64,000 nucleotides of DNA from Candidatus Deferrimicrobiaceae bacterium (GTDB lineage: Bacteria > Desulfobacterota > Deferrimicrobia > Deferrimicrobiales > Deferrimicrobiaceae), in the NCBI GenBank assembly GCA_963792415.1, contig CAWBVY010000004.1, positions 32,001 through 96,000 on the forward strand, read 5' to 3'. The notes under the pieces were generated by a model. It was given only the letters and a program-made list of their open reading frames with translations. It ran no database searches and was not told where the DNA came from. A program made the translations under genes and the position numbers. Positions 19,909-30,107 of this stretch are shown in pieces. The stretch's first letter is position 1. Every line of letters starts with the position of its first letter.

Positions 19909-20663
19909 TGTTCCACCTCCGGCGAATGGGGATAATGGCATTGCCAGCAGACGTACTTCTCGCCGTGTTCGGCCAGGTCGATCTTCGGCGCGTTCTTCGC
20001 CCTCTTGTCCGTCGCGTCCTTGCCGTGGCACTTCCCGCAGAACTCGCGGGCCTCTGGCTTGCTCGGCCGCACCGAGCGGGGAGAGATCTTGTGCCGCTGG
20101 GGCACGTCGTGGCACGTCGTGCACTCCAGCTGGACGTGGTGGGACACCGCCTTCATCCGGGCGATCTCCCCGTGGCACGCCGAGCACTCCTTCGGCGTGG
20201 TCGGGGGCTTCGGGTCGTGCGGGTTGTGGCAGCTCGCGCACGCTTTCAGCGGGTTGTGGGCCACCGGGTTGATCATCGGGAACCCCCTGGGCCGCGACGG
20301 ATCGTACGCGTGGCATTGGGGGCAGAACGTGCGCGCCGCGGGGATGCCCGGCTTCACCTTGTCCGGGTCTTCCGTGTGGGCCTTGACCGGCCCGTGGCAC
20401 GTCTCGCACGACAGGTCCCGGTGGTATCCCTTCTTCTTCGTCGCGTAGAGCTCTTCGTGGCATTCGGCGCAGGCGTGGAAACCGGCGTATTTGATCGGCC
20501 GCGCCTCCTCCCGCTTGACGGCGTCCGCCCACTGGGCCTTCACATCCATCATCGATTTCGGAATCAGCCCGAATACGACGACCAGCCCGGCGACTACCAG
20601 CGCCAGCACAACGACGAGCAGCCTGGTCACTTGCTCCGGGAATCTCTCGAAAAATTTGCCCAT
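19905..20663 (-). CDS. Membrane-anchored octaheme cytochrome c
   Basis: N-terminal TM and 8 CxxCH motifs (CAECH, CETCH, CPQCH, CASCH, CSACH, CTTCH, CGKCH, CWQCH). Confidence 0.92.
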   Translation of the reverse strand: MGKFFERFPEQVTRLLVVVLALVVAGLVVVFGLIPKSMMDVKAQWADAVKREEARPIKYAGFHACAECHEELYATKKKGYHRDLSCETCHGPVKAHTEDPDKVKPGIPAARTFCPQCHAYDPSRPRGFPMINPVAHNPLKACASCHNPHDPKPPTTPKECSACHGEIARMKAVSHHVQLECTTCHDVPQRHKISPRSVRPSKPEAREFCGKCHGKDATDKRAKNAPKIDLAEHGEKYVCWQCHYPHSPEVEQ

Positions 20664-20815
20664 CGCGCGGTGTTCCTCCTGGGTACGTTTGCGGGAAACA
20701 CGAATTTATATATATTTATCGAACGGTTGTCCCTGGATGATGAAGACGGGGACGCCCTGAAGCCCGACGAAGATATCCGGAATCGCGAGGCCTGTCAACA
20801 ACAATGGCGGGAGGG

Positions 20816-22102
20816 TCAGTCCCGGTACGACTGCTCCGCGAGGTGGTCCGCCCGCCGGATGAACTCCATGTCGTGGATCACCGGTTTTACGCCGTCCTTC
20901 CCGACGTGGAATTCGCCGGTGAGGATCGGGACGGCCACGCGGAGCAGGAGCGTGTACACGAAGAGCCCGGTCGCCCAGATCCCGAGGGCCAGGAGGATCT
21001 CGGTCCCGGTCGGGGAATACTCGTAGATCTCTCCCAGCGCATCGGGGACCAGCCCCGGGATGACGAGCCCCATCCCTTTTTCGATGTAGACGCCGATGAA
21101 GATCAGGACGCAGCCGATGTTGAGCGTGACGTAGTTCTCCCGCGTCTGCGGAATGAGGAACAGGAAGAAGGCCGAGACGTTGAAGATCATCGCCGTCCAG
21201 ATGTACGGGACGAGGTTGCTGTGCCCCTTCAGGCCGAAGAAGAGGTACTGCATCGGAGCGAGGTGGATCGTGTTGGAGTAGAACTCCTTGAACACCTCGG
21301 CGCCCAGCAGGAACAGGTTGATGAACATGGAGTACGCGATGAGCTCGGCGACCTTGAAGATCGCCTCGTTCTTGATCTCGATCCGCGTGTACTTTCGGAT
21401 CACCTGGAAGAGGATGATCATGAACGCCGGGCCGGAGCAGAACGCCGACGCCAGGAACCGGGGGGCGAGGATCGACGCGTTCCAGAACGGGCGCGCCGCC
21501 AGGCCGTTGTAGAGGAACGCCGTCACGGTGTGGATCGAAACCGCGGCGGGAATGGACAGCAGGATCATCGGGTTGAAGAAGTTCGGGTTGGGCTCCTCGC
21601 GGTTGTAGTGCTTGTAGCAGATGTAGACCGCGATCAGGAGGTTGAGGAACAGGTAGGCGTTCAGGACCACCACGTCCCACGCCAGCATCGACTGCGGGAA
21701 GTTCAGGATCCCGATCTTGGGGATCAGGTGCCAGAACCGGTCGGGACGCCCGATGTCCACGGTGACGAAGAGGAGGCACATCACCATCGCCGAGACGGCG
21801 AGCATCTCCCCGAGAACGGCGATCTCCTTGATCGGCTTCCACTTGTACACGTACGCGGGGATCACGAGGAGGACCGCCGCCGCCGCCACCCCGACGAGGA
21901 AGGTGAAGTTGGAGATGTAGAACCCCCAGGAGACCTCGTCGCGCATCGCGGTCACGATCAGTCCGTTCTGAAGCTGGTAGGCGTACGCCGCCACGCCGAC
22001 GGCCATGAGGGCGAGGAGGGAGAACATCCAGGTATAGTAGGCCCTGCTCCCCTTGGAGACGAGGATCAGCGTACCCTTGAAGAATTCCCAGATCTTTGTC
22101 AT
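20816..22102 (-). CDS. NrfD family membrane subunit, DsrP-like (module 1)
   Basis: VSWGFYISNFTFLVGVAAAA, VDIGRPDRFWH, SIHTVTAFLY, PRFLASAF motifs. Confidence 0.9.
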   Translation of the reverse strand: MTKIWEFFKGTLILVSKGSRAYYTWMFSLLALMAVGVAAYAYQLQNGLIVTAMRDEVSWGFYISNFTFLVGVAAAAVLLVIPAYVYKWKPIKEIAVLGEMLAVSAMVMCLLFVTVDIGRPDRFWHLIPKIGILNFPQSMLAWDVVVLNAYLFLNLLIAVYICYKHYNREEPNPNFFNPMILLSIPAAVSIHTVTAFLYNGLAARPFWNASILAPRFLASAFCSGPAFMIILFQVIRKYTRIEIKNEAIFKVAELIAYSMFINLFLLGAEVFKEFYSNTIHLAPMQYLFFGLKGHSNLVPYIWTAMIFNVSAFFLFLIPQTRENYVTLNIGCVLIFIGVYIEKGMGLVIPGLVPDALGEIYEYSPTGTEILLALGIWATGLFVYTLLLRVAVPILTGEFHVGKDGVKPVIHDMEFIRRADHLAEQSYRD

Positions 22103-22118
22103 CGGTCCCCTCGTCGCC

Positions 22119-23090
22119 TCAGGTCGCGTAGAAGTAGTAGAACTTCGGCCGGGTGTTCAGGTCTTCCTTCAGGATGAACACGCGCTTGTTCTCGATGACG
22201 TACCGCATCTCGCTCTCGGGATCGAGCAGGTTCCCGAATTTGCGGGCCCCCACCGGGCAGATCTCGACGCACGCGGTGTAGCGCCCCGGAGTGTTCCGGA
22301 CGCGCTGGATGCAGAAGGTGCACTTCTCGACCACGCCGATCGGCCGGGGGCGGTTCCCCAGATAGTGCGTGTCCGGGTTCATCTCGGCGGCGGGAAGGCC
22401 CGCCTTCTTCCAGTTGAAGTGGCGCGCGCCGTAGGGGCAGGCCGCCATGCAGTAGCGGCAGCCGATGCACCAGTTGTAGTCGACGACGGTGATCCCGTCC
22501 CGCTCCTTCCAGGTCGCCTGCACGGGGCACACCTTGGTGCACGGCGGGTGCTCGCACTGCTGGCACTGGACCGGCATGTAGAAGTGGCCCTTCTCCGGGA
22601 CCTTCGCCGGGTTGTAGTACTGCTCCGCATCCTCCAGATCGACGCCGCGCTCCTTGTTGAGCTGCAGCACGCGGATCCAGTGGATCTGGGGGTCGCGGGA
22701 CTGGTTGTTCTCCCCCACGCAGGCGTAGACGCACCGGCGGCACCCGATGCAGCGGGAAAGGTCGAGCCCGTACCCGAAGAGGATCCCCTCGGTCGGGGGA
22801 TTGGCGCGGACCGTGACCGCCTTCTTGTACTTCTCGCTGTACTCCTTCTCGAGCCGGGCGAGCACCCCTTTGAGGTCCTCCGGGGACATCTCCCGGAAAT
22901 TCTTCTGGAAGAACGACTCCCAGGCGGAGGCGGGGGCGTCCTTCGCCGGGAGCGCCAACGCCCCCAGCACCGCCGCCACCCCCTTCATCATCTTGCGGCG
23001 CGACATCCGGTGGACGTGGGCATCGCGGGTTCCTTCGTTCGGCATATGCCTGTCTCCCGCCGCGCTCGGCGGCTCTTCGCGTGGAATCAT
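22119..23090 (-). CDS. Tat-exported 4Fe-4S dicluster protein (DsrO/NrfC-like); start uncertain
   Basis: SRRKMMK Tat motif and four Cys clusters (CIGCRRC, CQQCEHPPC, CIGCRYC, KCTFC). Confidence 0.88.
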   Translation of the reverse strand: MIPREEPPSAAGDRHMPNEGTRDAHVHRMSRRKMMKGVAAVLGALALPAKDAPASAWESFFQKNFREMSPEDLKGVLARLEKEYSEKYKKAVTVRANPPTEGILFGYGLDLSRCIGCRRCVYACVGENNQSRDPQIHWIRVLQLNKERGVDLEDAEQYYNPAKVPEKGHFYMPVQCQQCEHPPCTKVCPVQATWKERDGITVVDYNWCIGCRYCMAACPYGARHFNWKKAGLPAAEMNPDTHYLGNRPRPIGVVEKCTFCIQRVRNTPGRYTACVEICPVGARKFGNLLDPESEMRYVIENKRVFILKEDLNTRPKFYYFYAT

Positions 23091-23647
23091 TTCCTGATCG
23101 CCTCGGGGCGGACCGGCGGCGGCATCGGTGCCAGCGGCTTGAACCGCGGATCGTGGGGATTGTGGCAATGGACGCAGAGGAGGTACTGCTTCTCCCCGTT
23201 CCACATCCCGGTCCGCTTGCCATGGACCCCCACCTTCCAGTCCCGGTACTTGTCTCCGTGGCACTGACCGCACAGGCGGTACGACTCCTCGAAACTGATC
23301 TTCTCACCGTTCACGAGGTGAAGCTTGTCGCGGTTGTAGATGTCGTGGCAGTCCAGGCACCAACGCTCCCCTTCCGCGTGGTTCAGGACGATGTTGGTGT
23401 GCTCTTCCGTCAACTTCCGCCGTTTCGGGTTCGGCGTCATCTCCTTGTGGCAGTCGGAGCAGGGGAAGATCCCGGGGGTGAAGGGCGGCGTCGGGACCGC
23501 GTATTGCGGGTGGCCCGGGGCCCCCTCCTTCTTCGCGGGGGGGGACGCCTTCGGCTGCTCCGCCGCCGGCGCCCATCCCGCGGCCAGGAAAAGCAAGAGG
23601 GCGACCGCCGCCGGTGCAGCCGCCCGGCGCATGCGTTCCATTTTCAT
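23087..23647 (-). CDS. Periplasmic tetraheme cytochrome c
   Basis: Signal peptide and 4 CxxCH motifs (CSDCH, CLDCH, CGQCH, CVHCH). Confidence 0.9.
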   Translation of the reverse strand: MKMERMRRAAAPAAVALLLFLAAGWAPAAEQPKASPPAKKEGAPGHPQYAVPTPPFTPGIFPCSDCHKEMTPNPKRRKLTEEHTNIVLNHAEGERWCLDCHDIYNRDKLHLVNGEKISFEESYRLCGQCHGDKYRDWKVGVHGKRTGMWNGEKQYLLCVHCHNPHDPRFKPLAPMPPPVRPEAIRK

Positions 23648-23673
23648 CGCGACTCCTTCTTTCCGGATTGAGC

Positions 23674-24189
23674 CTACTCCTGCATCCGCAGCCCCGAGCT
23701 CTCCAGGAAATCGAGGTATTCGTAGATGATGTCGAAATGCTTCTGCTCCTCGGAGGCCAGGATCTTGAAGAACGCCTTCTCCTGCTTGTTCGAGGAGTTC
23801 TCGGACATCCGGGTGTACATCTCCCGCCCCTCGGCCTCGAACCCCAGGGCCTTCCGCATCGCCACCGCGGCGTCCCCGGTGATCGTCTTCTCCTTCTTGA
23901 TCCGGCTGTACTCCCGCTTGAAGAGGCGCATGCGGCCCTCGCTGCTCACGGCGGAGACGGCGGGGAACTTGCCGTCCTCCTCCATCTTCTTCGCGACCAC
24001 CAGGATGTCCTCGTAATGCTTCTTCTCCATGTCGGCGAGGAGCGCGAAGACGCGTTTCGCGAACCCGTCGGTCGCCTTCTGCGCGGACAGGGCGAAGTAG
24101 CGCATCCCGTTCTTCTCGAACCGGAGCGCACGGGTGATCGCGGACCCTGCGTTTCCGTTTTTCGGAGCGGGCTTGGCCGCTTTCGGCAT
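23674..24189 (-). CDS. Rubrerythrin/ferritin-like protein
   Basis: Duplicated ALxFExxGxxxY ... ExxH pattern (ALRFEKNG...EKKH; ALGFEAEG...EQKH). AAGGAG RBS. Confidence 0.85.
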   Translation of the reverse strand: MPKAAKPAPKNGNAGSAITRALRFEKNGMRYFALSAQKATDGFAKRVFALLADMEKKHYEDILVVAKKMEEDGKFPAVSAVSSEGRMRLFKREYSRIKKEKTITGDAAVAMRKALGFEAEGREMYTRMSENSSNKQEKAFFKILASEEQKHFDIIYEYLDFLESSGLRMQE

Positions 24190-24262
24190 CGGTAGACTCC
24201 TTTTATCAGGGATATTCACTATTATAATCACCGTTCGCAGGTCGCGCGGAGAAAAAAATCCG

Positions 24263-24354
24263 GGCTGTGCCCCCCGTTTTTCCTACGGTGGGGGTACCCC
24301 AGGGAGTGTAGTCAGTCCGGGAGTGGGGCGCCCCCCCTCCTGCGGCGACTCCGC
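24263..24354 (+). repeat. Dispersed intergenic repeat, copy A (GGGGTACCCCAGGGAG...GGGAGTGGGGCGCCCCCCTCCTGCGGCGACTCCGC family)
   Basis: Near-identical by eye to 40382-40450 joined to 40621-40652. Confidence 0.9.
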
Positions 24355-24358
24355 AGGA

Positions 24359-26170
24359 TCACTCCTTCCGGCGGGGCCGTTTCCCGGCCTCGAGGATCTT
24401 CTTCCGCATGCGGATCGACGCGGGGGTGATCTCGACCACCTCGTCCTCGTTGATGAACTCGAGGGCCGCCTCGAGGGAGAGGATCCGGTGCGGGACCAGC
24501 CGCAACGCCTCGTCGGTGCCGGCGGCGCGGATGTTCGTGAGCTTCTTCTCCTTGGTGATGTTGATGTCCATGTCCACGGGACGCGTGTTCTCGCCCACGA
24601 TCATCCCCTCGTACACCTGCTCCCCCTCCCCGATGAAGAACGTCCCGCGCGACTGCAGGTGGAAGATGGCGTACGCCGTGGTGCGCCCTACCCGATCGGA
24701 GACCAGCGCCCCGTTGATCCGCTCGGGGATCGGCCCCTGCCACGGATCGTACCCGTCGAAGAGGTGGTTCAGCAGGCCGGTGCCGCGGGTGAGCGTGAGA
24801 AACTCCGAACGGAAGCCGATCAGCCCCCGCGACGGGATGCGGTACTCGATCCGCACGCGTCCCTGCCCCGGGTTGATCATCTTCGTCATCTTCGCCCGCC
24901 GGATCCCCAACGCCTGCGTCACGGCCCCGAGGTACGCGTCGGGGACGTCCACGAAGAGCGCCTCTACCGGTTCCACGACCGCCCCGCCTTCCGTCTTCGT
25001 CACCACCTCGGGCCGGGAGACCGAGAGCTCGAACCCTTCCCGCCGCATCATCTCGATGAGGATCACCAGCTGCAGCTCCCCGCGACCCATCACCGTGAAC
25101 CAGTCGGTCCCGGTAAAGTCGATCCGGAGCGCGACGTTGCCGAGCAGCTCCTTCTCGAGCCGGGCGCGCACCTGCCGCGAGGTGACGAACTTCCCGTCCC
25201 TCCCGGCGAACGGCGAGGTGTTGATCGAGAACACCATCGATACCGTCGGCTCGTCCACGGCGATGCGGGGGAGGGGCTTCGGTGCCTCCGCGTCGGAGAT
25301 CGTGTCCCCGATCGTCACGTCCTCCATCCCCGCGATCGCGACGATGTCCCCCGCGGTCGCTTCGGCGATCTCCGTTCGGCTCAACCCCTCGTACCCGTAG
25401 AGCAGCGTCACCTTGATCTTCCGCGCCTCCCCGCCGATCCCGCACAGGGAGACGATCTCCCCGGCGCGCAGCGTCCCCTCGAAAACCCGCCCGACGGCAA
25501 GTCGCCCTACGTAGTCGCTGTATTCGAGGTTGGTCACCAGAAACTGGAGGGTGGCCGACGGGTCGCCGGTGGGGGGCGGCACGTGGGAGAGGATCGCGTC
25601 GAAAAGAGGCTGCAGGTTCCGCCCGGCCGCTTCCCCGCGGAGAGCCGCCGTCCCCGCCCGGGCGTTCGTCATCATGACCGGGAAATCGAGCTGGTCTTCC
25701 GTGGCGTCGAGGTCGATGAAGAGGTCGTAGACCTCGTCGACCACCTCGTCGATCCGGGCGTCGGGCCGGTCGATCTTGTTGATGACGAGAATCACGGGGA
25801 GTTCCCGCTCGAGGGCTTTCTTGAGCACGAAGCGGGTCTGCGGAAGCGGACCCTCGGAGGCGTCCACGAGCAGCAGCACCGCGTCGACCATCTTCAGCGT
25901 CCGCTCCACCTCGCCGCCGAAGTCGGCGTGGCCGGGGGTATCCACGATGTTGATCTTGACGCCCTTGTAGATCACGGCGGTGTTCTTCGCCATGATCGTG
26001 ATCCCCTTCTCCCGCTCCAGATCCATCGAGTCCATCACCCGGTCGACGACGGCCGCGTGGGCGCTGAAGATGCCGCTCTGCCGCAGCATCGCGTCAACCA
26101 GGGTGGTCTTCCCGTGGTCGACGTGGGCGATGATCGCGACGTTCCGGATGTCGGCGGTGGCCTGCGTCAT
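24359..26170 (-). CDS. typA: Translational GTPase TypA/BipA
   Basis: [48 protein letters not shown] motifs. Confidence 0.97.
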   Translation of the reverse strand: MTQATADIRNVAIIAHVDHGKTTLVDAMLRQSGIFSAHAAVVDRVMDSMDLEREKGITIMAKNTAVIYKGVKINIVDTPGHADFGGEVERTLKMVDAVLLLVDASEGPLPQTRFVLKKALERELPVILVINKIDRPDARIDEVVDEVYDLFIDLDATEDQLDFPVMMTNARAGTAALRGEAAGRNLQPLFDAILSHVPPPTGDPSATLQFLVTNLEYSDYVGRLAVGRVFEGTLRAGEIVSLCGIGGEARKIKVTLLYGYEGLSRTEIAEATAGDIVAIAGMEDVTIGDTISDAEAPKPLPRIAVDEPTVSMVFSINTSPFAGRDGKFVTSRQVRARLEKELLGNVALRIDFTGTDWFTVMGRGELQLVILIEMMRREGFELSVSRPEVVTKTEGGAVVEPVEALFVDVPDAYLGAVTQALGIRRAKMTKMINPGQGRVRIEYRIPSRGLIGFRSEFLTLTRGTGLLNHLFDGYDPWQGPIPERINGALVSDRVGRTTAYAIFHLQSRGTFFIGEGEQVYEGMIVGENTRPVDMDINITKEKKLTNIRAAGTDEALRLVPHRILSLEAALEFINEDEVVEITPASIRMRKKILEAGKRPRRKE

Positions 26171-26182
26171 GGGGGAAGGGCG

Positions 26183-26743
26183 TTACGCGAAGGAGCGGGC
26201 AAAGAGCTCCCGGATCGCTTTCCGGCCGTTCTCCTCGAGGAAGCGGGTTCCCGTCCCGGCGAAGCAGGGATTGCCGATGCGGACCGCCTGCCCGCCCGCC
26301 GGTTCGACCCACCGGTCGTCCTTCCATGTGAGCCAGGCGCTCTTTCCCTGGTCGAAGACGAAGATCGGCTTGTTGCACAGCTTGGCGAACTCCGCACCCC
26401 ACCCGGTCCCGCCCTTGACCGTCCCGTCGGGGAGGACCGCCCCGATCACGTAGACCACTTGGCCGGAGTTGACCTGGTACCAGATCGTCTGCAGGACCTT
26501 CCGGATCGTGGGGGCGTCGGTGTAGCTCCGGTTCAGGAGGCGTGAAACGTAGGTGAGGCTCACGTCCCCCCGGACCAGCTCCTCCCGGGAAAGGACCCGG
26601 ACGCCGCGGGAGCGGGCGATGTCGCGGCCCTCGTACGTGAAGTTGATCTCCTCGATCCCGTACCGCTCCGCCTGCGCGCCGAACTCCGCCTCGGCGCCGA
26701 CGGCACCGCCGCTGTAGAGGACGCAATCCTCCTTTTTCAGCAT
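26183..26743 (-). CDS. Conserved hypothetical protein, probable SLOG superfamily
   Basis: YSGGAVGAE and VKGGTGWGAEFAK...KPIFVFDQ glycine loops resemble SLOG (YpsA/DprA-like) motifs. Family call is from motif memory. Confidence 0.6.
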   Translation of the reverse strand: MLKKEDCVLYSGGAVGAEAEFGAQAERYGIEEINFTYEGRDIARSRGVRVLSREELVRGDVSLTYVSRLLNRSYTDAPTIRKVLQTIWYQVNSGQVVYVIGAVLPDGTVKGGTGWGAEFAKLCNKPIFVFDQGKSAWLTWKDDRWVEPAGGQAVRIGNPCFAGTGTRFLEENGRKAIRELFARSFA

Positions 26744-26808
26744 CTTCGTCTCCTTAGGGATGGTCGAATGGAATAACGGACACTATACCACGAAGGGTCC
26801 GGGATCGG

Positions 26809-28860
26809 TCACTCCGCCGCGAAGCCGTCCGAAACGCCGAGGAGCTCGCGCACCTTCCTTCCGAGGTCCTGCCGCCGGAACGGTTTCTGGAGGAAACCGC
26901 CGAACCCCGCGGCGACGATCTCGCGGATCCGCCCGCTCTCGTCGTACCCGCTGACCAGGATCGCGGGCACCGCCGGGGCGATCCGGCGTATCTGCCCCAG
27001 GGCGGCCTCCCCCGTCAGGTGGGGCATCACGAGATCGAGGATGACGAGATCGATCTCCGCGGCGCGGCGCCGGAAGATCTCCACCGCCTCGAGTCCGTCC
27101 CTGGCCTCGATCACCTCGTACCCGAGGGTATCGAGCATTGCGTGGACCACGCCCCGAACATCCTCCTCGTCGTCGGCCAGCAATACCCGGCCGGCGCCCG
27201 CCGACCGACTCTCCGCGGAGGGCGGCTCCGCCGCCGCGGGGACGTCGCTCACCGGAAGGAGGACGGTGCACGTCGTCCCCTTCCCCTCCCGGGAGACGAC
27301 CCGGATCTCGCCGCCGTGGTTGTCGACGATGCCCCGGATCGCCGCCAGCCCCATCCCGCGGCCGACGTCTTTCGTGGTGAAGAACGGCTCGAAGATGCGA
27401 GGCATCGTCTTGTCGTCGATGCCGGATCCCGTGTCCGACACCTCGAGGACGACGCGTCCGTCCACGGGCTCGGAACACGTGCGAACCGAGAGCCGGCCGC
27501 CGCCCGACATCGCCTCCGCGGCGTTCAGGCAAAGCCCGATCACGACCTGCTTCATCTGGGCGATGTCCACATGGACGAACGGAAGCTCGTCGTCGCATTC
27601 CGTCGAGAGCTCGACCCCGGGAGGGAGGGACGTCCGTATCGTCGGGAGGGTCTCCGACAATACGCGCGCCATCGTGATCGAAGTGGGCGCGTACTTCCCC
27701 TGGCGCGAATACGCCAGGAGCTGCCGGGTCAACTCCGCGGCGCGGTTCGCCATTCGCCGGATCACGTCGATATGCGGACGGGCTTGAGGGTTTCCCCCCG
27801 CGTGCATCGAAAGAAGCTCGACGGAGCCCTGGATCGCGGCGAGAACGTTGTTGAACTCGTGGGCGACCCCGCCGGCGAGCATCCCGATCGTGGAGAGCTT
27901 CTGGACCTCCGCGAGACGGGCCTCCATTTTTCTTCGCCCCGAGATGTCGCGGGTAACTCGGAGGACGCGCCGGTCCCCTTCCGGGCCTTCCGGGAACGGG
28001 GTCGATGACGATTCCACGTCCACGAACCGCCCGTCGGCGCTCCGCATCCGGTACGGGAGGGACGCGTCCGGCTTCTCCCCGCCCGCCGTGCGCCGGATCT
28101 CCGCGACGACGTTCCCGGCGTCGTCGGGATGGAGGAACCCCTCGATGGGCGAGCCGTTCATCAGCTCCGGGCGGATCCCCAGCATCGGGAGGGTCGCCGG
28201 GCTCGCGTAGAGGATGCGCCCCGTCGCGTCGTGGAGGGTGACGAGGTCGGGGGAGTGCTCCGCGAGGAACCGGTACCGCGCTTCGGACGCGCGGAGGCGG
28301 TCCTCGGCCCGTCGGCGCTCCAGCGCCGCGGAGAGGATCGCCGCGACCATGTCCATCGCGGACAGCACCTCGCCCCCCCACGGCTTCGGCCCGTCCGTGA
28401 CGTGCAGGGCCACGAATCCGAGCAGGCGGGTTCCGAACCGGAGGGGGATGAGCAGCGCCGAACGGACGGGAAAGGGATCGAGGAGCCGCTTCAGCGGATC
28501 CGACGCCGGCAGGAGGGAGAGATCGTCCGCCTGGACCCTCCCCTCCGTCCGCATCCGGTCGAGCAGGCGCTCGAGGGCGGGGCCGGGACGATACGCCCCG
28601 TTGACGTCGGGAAGCGTCCCCGACTCCGCCGCCGGCGAAAAGGTCTCGGAACGCGTGTCCCGTGTGCTCAGGAAGAGACAACCGCCGTCGGCGCCGCTCA
28701 AGTCGAGGATCTCCCGGCACACCTCGTCCAGAAGCTCGTCGAAGGCCAGTCCCAGGGCGCAGATCCGCGCGATCCGCGGCACGGCCGAGGTCGGCACGTC
28801 CCTCGAAGGGAATCCGGACCCCTTCGGGGAACCTCCGGGAAACCGGATCGCATTGACCAT
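26809..28860 (-). CDS. Hybrid histidine kinase (GAF-PAS-HisKA-HATPase-REC)
   Basis: LAGGVAHEFNN, LCLNAAEAM, DTGSGI, FEPFFTTK, GMGL motifs; receiver LLADDE...ILDLVMP...FLQKP. Confidence 0.93.
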   Translation of the reverse strand: MVNAIRFPGGSPKGSGFPSRDVPTSAVPRIARICALGLAFDELLDEVCREILDLSGADGGCLFLSTRDTRSETFSPAAESGTLPDVNGAYRPGPALERLLDRMRTEGRVQADDLSLLPASDPLKRLLDPFPVRSALLIPLRFGTRLLGFVALHVTDGPKPWGGEVLSAMDMVAAILSAALERRRAEDRLRASEARYRFLAEHSPDLVTLHDATGRILYASPATLPMLGIRPELMNGSPIEGFLHPDDAGNVVAEIRRTAGGEKPDASLPYRMRSADGRFVDVESSSTPFPEGPEGDRRVLRVTRDISGRRKMEARLAEVQKLSTIGMLAGGVAHEFNNVLAAIQGSVELLSMHAGGNPQARPHIDVIRRMANRAAELTRQLLAYSRQGKYAPTSITMARVLSETLPTIRTSLPPGVELSTECDDELPFVHVDIAQMKQVVIGLCLNAAEAMSGGGRLSVRTCSEPVDGRVVLEVSDTGSGIDDKTMPRIFEPFFTTKDVGRGMGLAAIRGIVDNHGGEIRVVSREGKGTTCTVLLPVSDVPAAAEPPSAESRSAGAGRVLLADDEEDVRGVVHAMLDTLGYEVIEARDGLEAVEIFRRRAAEIDLVILDLVMPHLTGEAALGQIRRIAPAVPAILVSGYDESGRIREIVAAGFGGFLQKPFRRQDLGRKVRELLGVSDGFAAE

Positions 28861-28970
28861 CGACGCCTCCCAGCGAAACGATCGGTGAAATTATATCGCA
28901 CCCGACCCCGGTGTACCGTACGGCACACTCAAGTCAGGTCAGGAACGGGATCCGTGAGGGCGCGCGAGAA

Positions 28971-30107
28971 TCATCCGGCCGAGGCGGCGTTCAGCCGCCC
29001 CTCGACCGCGGCGAGGAGCTTCCGGTGGGAGTCGAGGAAGCTCTTCACGCCCTCCTCCTCCAGGAGGGCGCAAACCTCCTCGATGCCGGTTTCCATCAGA
29101 GCGTAGTCGTCGAGGACCGCCTTCGCGGCCGCGCCGGCGCCCGAGAGGACGTCGACCACCACTCCGTGGTCGCGGAAGGCGTCCATCGTCTGGGGCGGCA
29201 TCGTATTCACCGTGTCGGGCCCGATCAGTTCCTCGATATATTTCACGTCGGAATATTTCGGGTTCTTCGTCCCGGTGCTCGCCCACAGGGGCCGCTGCAC
29301 CCGCGCGCCGCGAGCCGCCAGGGAGCGCCACCGCGGCGTGTCGAAGATCACGAGGAACCTCGCGTACGCCAGCCGCGCGCTGGCCACCGCCGTCTCCCCG
29401 AGGAGGGAGAGGGCCGTCTCCGACTTCGGCGAGCCGGGCCACCGCTGCGCCGTGGAGAGGAGCAGGGCGTCGACCGCCGTGTCGATCCTCGAAACGAAGA
29501 AGGAAGCGACCGACGCGACGACCCGGGGATCCCCGCCGGAGGCGATCCACCGCTCCAGGCCGCGCAGGTAGGCCTCGGCCACCTCCTCGTACCGCCGCAC
29601 CGAGAAGATCAGCGTCACGTTCACCGGGATCCCGGCGGCGATCGTCTCCTCGACGGCCGGAAGCCCTTCCTTCGTGCCGGGGATCTTGATCATCACGTTC
29701 GGCCGGCCGACGGCGTCGAACAGCTCCCGCGCCCGTGCGATCGTCGCCCTCGTGTCGCGCGCCAGGTCCGGGTCGACCTCGAGCGAAACGTACCCGTCGT
29801 CCCCCCGGGAAGCGTCGTACACGGGACGGAGCACGTCGGCCGCGGCCCGGATGTCGTCGGTGACGATCGCCTTGTACGCCTCGAGGAGCTTCGCCCCCGC
29901 GCGCGCAAGCGCGCGGATCTGGGCGTCGTAGTCGCTGCCCGAGGAGACCGCCTTCTCGAAGATCGTCGGGTTCGAGGTCACCCCCCGGATGCCGTCCTCC
30001 GCGATCCGGCGGGCGAGCTCGCCGGACGCGATCATCCCCCGGTGGATGTAGTCGATCCAGGGGCTCTGGCCTGCCCTCCCCAACGCAACCAGCGGATTCG
30101 TCTTCAT
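28971..30107 (-). CDS. tal: Transaldolase
   Basis: [34 protein letters not shown] motifs. Confidence 0.95.
   Translation of the reverse strand: MKTNPLVALGRAGQSPWIDYIHRGMIASGELARRIAEDGIRGVTSNPTIFEKAVSSGSDYDAQIRALARAGAKLLEAYKAIVTDDIRAAADVLRPVYDASRGDDGYVSLEVDPDLARDTRATIARARELFDAVGRPNVMIKIPGTKEGLPAVEETIAAGIPVNVTLIFSVRRYEEVAEAYLRGLERWIASGGDPRVVASVASFFVSRIDTAVDALLLSTAQRWPGSPKSETALSLLGETAVASARLAYARFLVIFDTPRWRSLAARGARVQRPLWASTGTKNPKYSDVKYIEELIGPDTVNTMPPQTMDAFRDHGVVVDVLSGAGAAAKAVLDDYALMETGIEEVCALLEEEGVKSFLDSHRKLLAAVEGRLNAASAG

Noticed and set aside
20816-23090. Evidence of sulfate reduction (dsrOP)
   Set aside because: There is no dsrMKJ or dsrAB in the window, and NrfCD-like pairs occur in many unrelated complexes.
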